The notes below the pieces were generated by a model. It did not search any database. It was not told where the DNA came from and worked only from the letters and a program-made list of their open reading frames with translations. Shown piece after piece: positions 1 to 7,172 of a DNA stretch of 38,253 nucleotides (position 1 is the stretch's first letter; the number at the start of each line of letters is the position of its first letter). The translations under genes and the position numbers were made by a program. The DNA is from Gemmatimonadaceae bacterium (GTDB lineage: Bacteria > Gemmatimonadota > Gemmatimonadetes > Gemmatimonadales > Gemmatimonadaceae), in the NCBI GenBank assembly GCA_040902005.1, contig JBBDYA010000035.1, positions 1 to 38,253 of the forward strand. The letters are read 5' to 3'.

Positions 1-16
1 AGTGGGTCGCGACACA

Positions 17-43
17 TTCTCCCCTAACCTCGTGCAGGGAGAA
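17..43. promoter_or_regulatory. Inverted repeat overlapping the RBS of padR-1; putative PadR operator
   Basis: TTCTCCC (17-23) ... GGGAGAA (37-43) directly before ATG at 46; an analogous palindrome precedes the second padR. Confidence 0.55.
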
Positions 44-45
44 CC

Positions 46-378
46 ATGGCACGCGACACCAGCGACCTGCTCCACGGCACACTCGACCTCCTTGTCCTGA
101 AAGCGCTGGCCATCCAGCCGCTGCACGGCTTTGGCCTCAGCGGATGGATCGAGCAGCGCACGCGCGACAAGCTCGAGATCGTCGACTCGGCGCTCTACAA
201 GGCCCTGCACCGCCTCGAGGACTCGGGCGCGATCGAGGCCGAGTGGGGCGTCTCCGAGAACAACCGCAAGGCGAAGTACTACTCGCTCACGCCCAGGGGC
301 AGGCGGCGGCTCCGCGAGGAGACGGCCACCTGGAAGCGCTACGTGTCGGCCATCTCGAACGTGCTCGAGTCGGCATGA
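46..378 (+). CDS. PadR-family transcriptional regulator (acidobacterial type)
   Basis: LLHGTLDLLVLKAL...LHGFG...LYKALHRLE...EWGVSENNRKAKYYSLT motifs; stop overlaps the start of the permease (ATGA). Confidence 0.95.
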   Translation: MARDTSDLLHGTLDLLVLKALAIQPLHGFGLSGWIEQRTRDKLEIVDSALYKALHRLEDSGAIEAEWGVSENNRKAKYYSLTPRGRRRLREETATWKRYVSAISNVLESA

Positions 379-3104
379 CCATGCTCCCGAACGGCATGCG
401 CCGCCTGTTCCGGCTTCCGCCAAGTCGCGAGCGCTTGTTGCGCGAGATGGACGACGAGGCCCGCGCGCACATCGCCATGCGCATGGACGAGCTGCGTGCC
501 CTCGGGATGAGCGCATCGGACGCCGACGCCGAGGCGCTGCGTCGCTTCGGCAGCTCCGACGAGTATCACGCATACGCGGAGAGCCGAGCCGTACGGCGCG
601 GTCGCTCGCACGGACTGACAGAGTGGCTGGGCGAGTGGGCGCAGGACGGTCGCTTCGCCGCGCGGCAGTTCCGGCGCAACCCGGGCTTTACGGCGCTCGC
701 GGTCCTCACGCTGGCGCTCGGCATCGGCGCGAACAGCGCGATCTTCAGCGTCGTCCACCGGCTGATCATCGCTCCCCTGCCCTTCGCCGACGGGAACAGC
801 ATCGTGAGGCTCGTGCTCATGGACGGCGACCGGCTGGCTGGCTATCCGCCGCGGCAGTCCCTGCTCGCGTGGCGCGATCGCGCGCGCTCCCTCGAGACGA
901 TCGCCGTCGTCAGCGTCGACGCGCTCTACCTCCAGGATTTCGGCGACACGCAGGACACCATTCCTGCCCACGTCACCTCCAACTACCTCGGACTGCTCGG
1001 ACTCCAGCCGGCCTTCGGCCGCGGCTTCACCCCCGACGACGAGCGTCCCGCCGCCGCGCTGGTCGCGATGATCAGCTACGGCCGGTGGCAGCGCCAGTTC
1101 GGCGGCGGCGCCGACGTCCTTGGCAAGACGGTCCGGGTACAGGAGATGGACGAGCGCCTCTACACGATCGTCGGGGTGATGCCGAGGGAGATCGCCATCC
1201 CGATGTCGTTCTCCGTGGGCGTGAACAGCGATCTGCGGCAGGGCGCACCGGGGCTCTGGCTGCCGGCGAGCCTGGACTCGATCCTGCTCGACCATGTGTA
1301 CGCGAAGCTGCGCCCCGGGGTATCGGCAGTGGCGGCCTCGGCGGAACTGCAGGCGATCAGGGAGTCGCTGCCCGCCCCGCCGCCCCGCGAAGGGCTGCTT
1401 CGCCAACCGAGCGAGCTGAAGGTCCGCGCGATGCGCGCGCAGGACTTTCTCGATCCGCGTGCGCTGCGAACCGTCCAGGTCCTGTTCGTCGCCGTGGCGG
1501 TGCTGCTCCTCATCGCGTGCGCCAACGTCGCCAACCTCCTGATGTCCCGCGCGTGGACACGCACGCGGGAATTCGCGGTGCGCACCGCGCTGGGTGCGGG
1601 ACGCGCGCGTCTCGCACGGCAGATGCTGACGGAGAGCGTGCTGCTTGGACTCGCGGGGGGCGTGGCAGGCGTCGCCGTCGCGTGGGGCACCCTCGAGGTC
1701 GTCCTGGCGCTGCGCCCTGCCTCGCTCGACGAGCTGGCGGGGGTGCGGATCGCGACGCCGGTGCTGCTCTGGAGCGCGCTCATCTCCGTGGGCACCGGCA
1801 TCCTCTTCGGGTTCGCGCCTGCCCTGTTTGCCGGCGGGCGCGCCGTCGGCGACGTCCTGCGGCGTGCGACACACACCGCCACGAGCGGCACCGGGCTGCG
1901 ACGCGTGCGCTCGGCGCTCATCGTGGGCGAGATCGCGTTGTCGCTCGTGCTGCTCGTCGCTGCCGGGCTGCTGGTGCGGTCGTTCGCGGCGCTTCAGGCG
2001 ACACCGCTGAACTTCGAGCCGCGGGGGCTGGTCTCGACGAATGTCATCATGATGTTCCCGCGCGACTGGAGCATCGAGGCTCGCGCGGCCAGACGCGCCG
2101 AGCTGCTCGAGCAGGTGCGCGCCATCCCCGGCGTGAGCGAGGCGACGTACGGAATGATGCCTGGTCTCGGGTGGCTTCATTACGGCCTCGAAGCGGAGAC
2201 CGCAGACGGCCAGTCGATACCGCTCGGTGAGTCGTCCACGACGTTCGTCACGCAGGACTACTTCAGGATCACCGGAATGCAGGTCGTGGAGGGGCGTCTG
2301 CCGGATCCGCAGGCCGGGACCATGGACCCGCCCGAGGTGCTCGTGAATCGCAGCCTCGCCAACCGAGTGTGGGGGCCGGGAAATGCCGTCGGCAAGCAGC
2401 TGCGCGAGAGGCAAGGGCCTCCCGGACCGAGCCAGCAGCTCAGAATCGTCGGCGTCGTCGAGGACATTCAGCTTCCCAGCCGCCGAAGCGTGGCGAGCGC
2501 GACAAACGTGTATGCGCCCGTTCCGCAGCGCCTCGGCGACGTCCCTGCGCTCCTCCGGACGACGCTGTCGGAGGCGGAGATCACCGCCGCGATACGGCGC
2601 GCGGTCGCGGAGTTCGACGTGACGCTGCGCGCCGCGAGCCGGCATCCGTACGGCGCGATCGTCCGCTCGGTGACGGTCGGCGAGTCGTTCATCCGCGAAG
2701 AGCTTGCCCCGACACGGTTCGCCATGGCACTGCTCCTGGCGTTCGCCCTGGTTGCGCTCGTGTTGTCCGCGGTGGGACTGTACGGGGTGATCGCCTATTC
2801 CGTTACGCAGCGCACGCGCGAGATCGGCGTGCGCGTCGCGCTCGGCGCCGACCAGCGTAGCGTCGAGCGACTTGTTGTGGGTGCAGGTCTCAAGCTCACG
2901 GCGATTGGCCTGGTGGTCGGCCTGCTCGGTGCGTTCGCAAGCACCCGCTTGTTGACGGGCCTGTTATACGGGGTAAGTCCCGTCGATCCCGTCAGCTTCG
3001 TCGCGATCGCGCTGCTCATGGTGGCGATAGCGCTCGTGGCGTCCTACATGCCGGCGCGACGCGCCGTGCGCATCGACCCAATGACGGCACTCCGCGCGGA
3101 ATGA
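375..3104 (+). CDS. ADOP-type duplicated ABC permease (MacB_PCD/FtsX x2), no ATPase domain
   Basis: PGFTALAVLTLALGIGANSAIFS, LLIACANVANLL, REIGVRVALGA, RIDPMTALRAE; start taken at ATG 375 overlapping the padR stop. Confidence 0.95.
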   Translation: MTMLPNGMRRLFRLPPSRERLLREMDDEARAHIAMRMDELRALGMSASDADAEALRRFGSSDEYHAYAESRAVRRGRSHGLTEWLGEWAQDGRFAARQFRRNPGFTALAVLTLALGIGANSAIFSVVHRLIIAPLPFADGNSIVRLVLMDGDRLAGYPPRQSLLAWRDRARSLETIAVVSVDALYLQDFGDTQDTIPAHVTSNYLGLLGLQPAFGRGFTPDDERPAAALVAMISYGRWQRQFGGGADVLGKTVRVQEMDERLYTIVGVMPREIAIPMSFSVGVNSDLRQGAPGLWLPASLDSILLDHVYAKLRPGVSAVAASAELQAIRESLPAPPPREGLLRQPSELKVRAMRAQDFLDPRALRTVQVLFVAVAVLLLIACANVANLLMSRAWTRTREFAVRTALGAGRARLARQMLTESVLLGLAGGVAGVAVAWGTLEVVLALRPASLDELAGVRIATPVLLWSALISVGTGILFGFAPALFAGGRAVGDVLRRATHTATSGTGLRRVRSALIVGEIALSLVLLVAAGLLVRSFAALQATPLNFEPRGLVSTNVIMMFPRDWSIEARAARRAELLEQVRAIPGVSEATYGMMPGLGWLHYGLEAETADGQSIPLGESSTTFVTQDYFRITGMQVVEGRLPDPQAGTMDPPEVLVNRSLANRVWGPGNAVGKQLRERQGPPGPSQQLRIVGVVEDIQLPSRRSVASATNVYAPVPQRLGDVPALLRTTLSEAEITAAIRRAVAEFDVTLRAASRHPYGAIVRSVTVGESFIREELAPTRFAMALLLAFALVALVLSAVGLYGVIAYSVTQRTREIGVRVALGADQRSVERLVVGAGLKLTAIGLVVGLLGAFASTRLLTGLLYGVSPVDPVSFVAIALLMVAIALVASYMPARRAVRIDPMTALRAE

Positions 3105-3256
3105 GCGCCGCGGTCAAGCGCAGTGCGCCGCAGCGTGGTGTCTCGCGCAGTATGACACCGGCGGAGGTTGTGATTACGCTGCAATCATTGCAGTATTGCG
3201 CACGTAAATGAGCGTTATCGCTGCGTGCTCGCAGCGATTGTCCTCTCTTCTTACCG

Positions 3257-3274
3257 GCCTAATTGGCGCTAGCC
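3257..3274 (+). mobile_element. attI-like simple site / left boundary of first gene cassette
   Basis: GCCTAAT-TGGC-GCTAGCC; GCTAGCCGG (3268-3276) is a 1-mismatch copy of GTTAGCCGG, the reverse complement of the first cassette's R'' context CCGGCTAAC. Confidence 0.45.
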
Positions 3275-3290
3275 GGACCATAGGAGGTTC

Positions 3291-3869
3291 GTGAAGGTCG
3301 AGATCGCGGAAGCTCCGGCCGCGGCACTGGGTGCCTACGCGGCCATCCCGAGCGTCTTCGAGGTACGTGAAGTTCTCGATGTCGGCTCCGCTTTTGAACT
3401 GTCCGATACTTCGCTGACTCGCGTGCGCACGTTGGCGCTGCCCGCCGTCAAGAATTACGACGCGTCACAAGACAACGGGCCGCTGTATTGGCCGAAGCGG
3501 TTTGATCTGACCAACTGGGGCCTGCTTTTGGCCCGCTCAGACTCGGAACCCATTGGCGGAGCAGCCGTCGTCTTCCCGGCAGATGCGTTCCAAGTCGCGC
3601 AGGATCAGGCAGTCCTATGGGATCTTCGTGTCTCTCCCGCCGCCCGCGGCCAAGGCGTTGGCACCCGCCTCCTTCAGCACGCTGAAGATTGGGCGCGACG
3701 GCGAGGCGCGCGGTCTCTTGGAGTCGAAACGCAAAACATCAACGTTCCGGCCTGTCGCTTCTATCTCCACTCGGGATTCGTCCTAGTTGCCGCGGTGCAC
3801 GGGGCCTATCCCGAATATCCCGATGAGGTGAAGCTCTGGTTGCAGAAGAGAATCTCGACGGCCGGCTAA
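3291..3869 (+). CDS. GNAT acetyltransferase, streptothricin acetyltransferase (SAT)-like; cassette 1
   Basis: LWDLRVSPAARGQGVGTRLL (motif A), ETQNINVPACRFY; RBS AGGAGG; stop TAA lies inside attC R'' (GGCTAAC). Confidence 0.88.
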   Translation: MKVEIAEAPAAALGAYAAIPSVFEVREVLDVGSAFELSDTSLTRVRTLALPAVKNYDASQDNGPLYWPKRFDLTNWGLLLARSDSEPIGGAAVVFPADAFQVAQDQAVLWDLRVSPAARGQGVGTRLLQHAEDWARRRGARSLGVETQNINVPACRFYLHSGFVLVAAVHGAYPEYPDEVKLWLQKRISTAG

Positions 3870-3974
3870 CGTGGAGTTGAAGCCGACGGCGCCTTCGATC
3901 GGAAGCGGCTGGCTCGCTGCGCTCGCCTGCCGCATTATTATCAAGCGCCGCGGCTTAACTCCGCCGCGTTAGAC
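3864..3974 (+). mobile_element. attC site 1
   Basis: R'' GGCTAAC 3864-3870; GGAGTTGAAGCCG pairs with CGGCTTAACTCC leaving one extrahelical base; central hairpin GCGGCTGGCTCGCTGCGCTCGCCTGCCGC; R' GTTAGAC 3968-3974. Confidence 0.9.
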
Positions 3975-4003
3975 GCCACGGTGTATTACAAAGTACGATA
4001 TCG

Positions 4004-4384
4004 ATGAAGCCTCTTCTGATCAGAGTTGGCCTAAGCCTCGCGGCAGGCGCGGCAGCTGCCGCCTGCGCGGGTGGCACGACGCCCTCGGAACCGTTTGGAT
4101 CTCACTATGAGGTGGTGAGCCAGCCCGATCCCCCGGTTCTTAGCAGTACTACCGCAAGCCTGACGGTTTCATATGGCGGCTGCCGCGGCAGTCACACCTT
4201 CGTATTGCGGACTCAGAGTCAGGCCACCTCTGCCTCTATTTGGCTGCAGAAGATTACGCCGGATGAGCCGTGCGACATGCTGGTGACTGAGCGTCGCGAT
4301 TTCACGGTGCCACCGCAGGTGCAAGCCGCGACGACGGTGATTCTCCTGGCGCCCAATGCAGAGCCCTACCAACTGCGGCCTTGA
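4004..4384 (+). CDS. Hypothetical lipoprotein; cassette 2
   Basis: Signal peptide ending AAAC; sits exactly between attC1 and attC2; two further Cys (YGGC, EPCD). Confidence 0.75.
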   Translation: MKPLLIRVGLSLAAGAAAAACAGGTTPSEPFGSHYEVVSQPDPPVLSSTTASLTVSYGGCRGSHTFVLRTQSQATSASIWLQKITPDEPCDMLVTERRDFTVPPQVQAATTVILLAPNAEPYQLRP

Positions 4385-4393
4385 TTGGCCGCC

Positions 4394-4486
4394 GTCCAAT
4401 GTGGAGTTGAAGCCGACGGCGACCCCAAGCAGTTTGGTTGAGCAGTTCACAGTGAGCGCCGCGGCCTTAACTCCGGCGCGTTGGCT
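4394..4486 (+). mobile_element. attC site 2
   Basis: R'' GTCCAAT (AAC>AAT), then 21 nt identical to attC1 (GTGGAGTTGAAGCCGACGGCG); right arm AGCGCCGCGGCCTTAACTCCG; R' GTTGGCT 4480-4486. Confidence 0.85.
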
Positions 4487-4516
4487 GGACCACACGAGGT
4501 GCTTGGGGGCTTTCCA

Positions 4517-4909
4517 ATGTCCGATCCGATCGCTTGGCTGCCACTCCTGTTACGGGCAGGCGTTGTCGGCATCCTCGGTGGCATTGGCCTCGTTCTAACG
4601 CATATCTACAGTCGCCGCGGCCCGCTCATCTATCCTGTGTACGCGGCCCTTCTCGTTGCCCTCGCGCTTGTCGCCGCACGTTTCCCGCTATTGTCGTTCG
4701 GCGCGTACTTCGGGGCAGTGCTCGCGGGAATGGTCGTCGCCACTGGTATGGCGTTCGTTGCGGTAGCCGTGCGCGCGCGTGCGGCGCGCCGTGCGCTTCT
4801 GGCCTCCGGCCGTCCCCTGGTCCCTGGCCGAGCGCCTTGGTGGGGCCTGCCACTCATCTCGGTCGCGATTGTCGGCGCGAGCGCCGCCGTGGCCTTCGTT
4901 GTGTCATAG
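4517..4909 (+). CDS. Hypothetical multi-pass membrane protein; cassette 3
   Basis: About four hydrophobic segments; begins just after attC2; ATG 4517 preferred over TTG 4481. Confidence 0.75.
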   Translation: MSDPIAWLPLLLRAGVVGILGGIGLVLTHIYSRRGPLIYPVYAALLVALALVAARFPLLSFGAYFGAVLAGMVVATGMAFVAVAVRARAARRALLASGRPLVPGRAPWWGLPLISVAIVGASAAVAFVVS

Positions 4910-4974
4910 TGAGCACCCGGGATGATAAGTAACGAGGCGTTGAAGGCTCCTGCGAACGCGAGACTTTGTTCATA

Positions 4975-5304
4975 ATGCCAGGACGTCACACGCTCGCTCG
5001 CTTGCTCGTCGTCAGTGCAACGATGCTCACGCCACTACTCGGTGGCGCTATTATCTACTACTCTCTGCGCAGAACGCACCCCAGGACCGCACACTTTGCC
5101 AACCTGATGAGCGTGGCCGGCTTCGCTGCATGGAATGCCGTTGTGTTTTGGGATTGGGCGCGAGCGGATGGCCGATTCCTGTTCGGCATACTCGGCTTGC
5201 TTGGCGTCGTGTCCACAGAACTCGCTATCCGAGTGACGCGCCAGACCGAAGAAGAAGCGGAGCAAGCCACCACTGTCGCGGCGCCGCCAAACGGTGAGTT
5301 GTAA
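4975..5304 (+). CDS. Hypothetical small membrane protein (cassette-like)
   Basis: About three hydrophobic segments; co-oriented within the array. Confidence 0.65.
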   Translation: MPGRHTLARLLVVSATMLTPLLGGAIIYYSLRRTHPRTAHFANLMSVAGFAAWNAVVFWDWARADGRFLFGILGLLGVVSTELAIRVTRQTEEEAEQATTVAAPPNGEL

Positions 5305-5444
5305 CGAACAGCGCGCATCCTGCTCCGATTCGTGGTCGTCGGCGAAGCCCCTGCACCGCTCCGCGGTTGTCAGGCCGACGTGACGATTGGTTGCATACGA
5401 CGAGTTTCGTATTTGAGGTTTGCTCCGGTGCCCAGGGAGGGATC

Positions 5445-5744
5445 ATGAGGACTCTTGTTGTCATCGCCGCTGCGATCATGCTCAGTGCGTGCTCCGGTGA
5501 ACGTCTGACCGGACCAGCCGCCCAGGAGGCGGTTCGCCAGCATCAGGCAAGCATGGATGTCACCGATGATATGCCGTTGGTACTGCTGGATGGCAGAGCC
5601 ATCCGCATGGCGGAGGCACGCAGCCTTGATCCTTCCACAATTGGGAGCGTCGAGGTCGTCAAGGGAGCAGCCGCAGCCAGCCGCTACGGCGACCGCGCCA
5701 CCAGAGGCGTCATCCTCATTACGAGCAAGTCTGCCTCGCAGTAG
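5445..5744 (+). CDS. Small lipoprotein consisting of a TonB-dependent-receptor plug-like domain
   Basis: LSAC lipobox; PLVLLDG...LDPSTIGSVEVVKGAAAASRYGDRATRGVILITSK matches the SusC-type plug signature; RBS GGAGG. Confidence 0.8.
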   Translation: MRTLVVIAAAIMLSACSGERLTGPAAQEAVRQHQASMDVTDDMPLVLLDGRAIRMAEARSLDPSTIGSVEVVKGAAAASRYGDRATRGVILITSKSASQ

Positions 5745-5759
5745 CGCCTTCGCGCAGTC

Positions 5760-6110
5760 ATGAAACGCATTGCGATGGCTGGTTCGCTCGCGTTGCTGCT
5801 GGGCTGTAGTGACTCGCAGCCGCTCAGCACGATTGACGTCTCTCTCGCCCCTGGCCAGCTCTTCGAACACCGTACCGTGGGAGGCGACGAGGAAGGCGCG
5901 CGGCTGGTCGTTCAAGCACGGCATTTTACCGTGAGCGAGATCCGTCGCAATGCGCAGACCGGCTGGGTCGCTGTCTACACATACCAGCCGGCCGAAGGCT
6001 ATATCGGCTTCGATAGCGCGGAGATCGAGGTGCTGACGGGCTCCGAAGGTACCAGCGCTCCAACGCACACCACTCGCATCCTGTTTCGCTTCAATGTGAA
6101 CAGCCGGTAA
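5760..6110 (+). CDS. Hypothetical lipoprotein
   Basis: LLGC lipobox; YTYQPAEGYIGFDS resembles an Ig/cadherin-like strand motif. Confidence 0.7.
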   Translation: MKRIAMAGSLALLLGCSDSQPLSTIDVSLAPGQLFEHRTVGGDEEGARLVVQARHFTVSEIRRNAQTGWVAVYTYQPAEGYIGFDSAEIEVLTGSEGTSAPTHTTRILFRFNVNSR

Positions 6111-6179
6111 TATCGGTAACACAATGTGCTGTGGTAGGCTGGTGCGATGTCGTGCGACATCCTCACGAGGGGTTCACAC

Positions 6180-6320
6180 ATGTGGGTCAACTCGGCACGG
6201 GCGTGATCGCGGCATATCGCCGTCGCGGTGTGGGCCGTCACGGTCCTGTTGCTGGCCGTGTTCCTAATCAAGGATACGCGCCGCAACGATCCCCACGCGA
6301 GCCACCGGGAAGATAGGTAA
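6180..6320 (+). pseudogene. Small single-TM ORF with internal TGA
   Basis: RBS GAGGGG; reads MWVNSARA*SRHIAVAVWAVTVLLLAVFLIKDTRRNDPHASHREDR*; TGA at 6204-6206; final TAA sits in the R'' of attC3 as in cassette 1. Confidence 0.45.
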
Positions 6321-6429
6321 CGCAGTTAACCGGGATGATGGGTGACACTTTGGTCGCGGCCAGCTGGCTCCGCTCGCTGGCCGCTATTGTCATGGAAGCG
6401 CTGCAGCTAAACTCCAATGGCGGTTAGGC
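6315..6429 (+). mobile_element. attC site 3 (degenerate left arm)
   Basis: R''-like AGGTAAC; central GCGGCCAGCTGGCTCCGCTCGCTGGCCGC; right arm AAGCGCTGCAGCTAAACTCC homologous to attC1; R' GTTAGGC 6423-6429. Confidence 0.7.
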
Positions 6430-6457
6430 CGCCCTCAGCGCTCCGACTGGAGGTCCT

Positions 6458-6745
6458 ATGAGCGACATGGTTATGATCGCACTTTCACTGCTTGTATTGG
6501 CGTCCGGCTTCTGCATTTCAACTATCGTCCTGGCATTTGCCTGGCGCCGCGCGCGCAGGCAGCAGCATGTACAGGTATCTCGCGAGCTAGAAGCCATGAA
6601 CGCGCACTTCGAGCAGCTCACGATCGCTGTGGACGCCATAGCCGTGGAAGTGGAGCGCATTGGTGAGGCTGAGCGTTTCACAGCCAAGGCGCTCGCGTCT
6701 CGGTCGGGCAAATCGCTCGAGGGCCGTGTCATTACGCCTCATTAG
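6458..6745 (+). CDS. Hypothetical membrane-anchored small protein (N-terminal TM + coiled coil)
   Basis: RBS GGAGG; TM helix then AVDAIAVEVERIGEAERF...RVITPH; starts 29 nt after attC3 R'. Confidence 0.8.
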   Translation: MSDMVMIALSLLVLASGFCISTIVLAFAWRRARRQQHVQVSRELEAMNAHFEQLTIAVDAIAVEVERIGEAERFTAKALASRSGKSLEGRVITPH

Positions 6746-6803
6746 TGCTGAATCCCCGCTCTTAGCGACCCTATTGAAACTCGCGCTGCGGCGCCATCGT
6801 TGT

Positions 6804-6824
6804 TCTCCTTAGCATCTAAGGAGA
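6804..6824. promoter_or_regulatory. Perfect 9-bp inverted repeat over the RBS of padR-2; putative PadR operator
   Basis: TCTCCTTAG-CAT-CTAAGGAGA immediately before ATG 6831. Confidence 0.7.
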
Positions 6825-6830
6825 GCCCCA

Positions 6831-7169
6831 ATGACCTCTGCCGAGCTTCTGCCCGGAACACTGGACGTCCTGATCCTCAAGGCCGTGTCACTCGGCAAGT
6901 TGCACGGGTACGGCGTGCTGCTCCGTATCGAACAGATCTCGGGCGGCGCGCTCCTCGTGCAGCAGGGCGCCCTCTACCAGGCGCTCGCGCGCCTGGAGCA
7001 TCGGGGCCTCATCGACTCCGAGTGGGGCACCTCGGAGAATAACCGCCGCGCGAAATACTACCGTCTCACGCCCGCGGGGCGGCGCACGCTCGGGGAGGAG
7101 TCCGCGAGCTGGAAGCGACTGTCGGATGCGATCGGGCTTGCTCTTTCAGCAAAGCCGCGGGAGGCGTGA
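6831..7169 (+). CDS. PadR-family transcriptional regulator (second copy)
   Basis: LLPGTLDVLILKAV...LHGYG...LYQALARLE...EWGTSENNRRAKYYRLT. Confidence 0.95.
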   Translation: MTSAELLPGTLDVLILKAVSLGKLHGYGVLLRIEQISGGALLVQQGALYQALARLEHRGLIDSEWGTSENNRRAKYYRLTPAGRRTLGEESASWKRLSDAIGLALSAKPREA

Positions 7170-7172
7170 TCG

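Noticed and set aside
131..2645. Long alternative-frame and antisense ORFs over the permease (and similar ones over other genes)
   Set aside because: Arg/Ala/Pro-rich shadow ORFs typical of high-GC DNA, overlapping well-supported genes
3102..3113. TGAGCGCCGCGG identical to 12 nt of the attC2 right arm at the end of permease 1
   Set aside because: Too short and GC-rich, with no following TTAACTCC/GTT; chance match not excluded
3864..6429. Repeats as a CRISPR array or simple terminators
   Set aside because: Spacing is gene-sized and irregular, repeats are ~90-115 bp with attC boxes, there are no cas genes and no U-tracts
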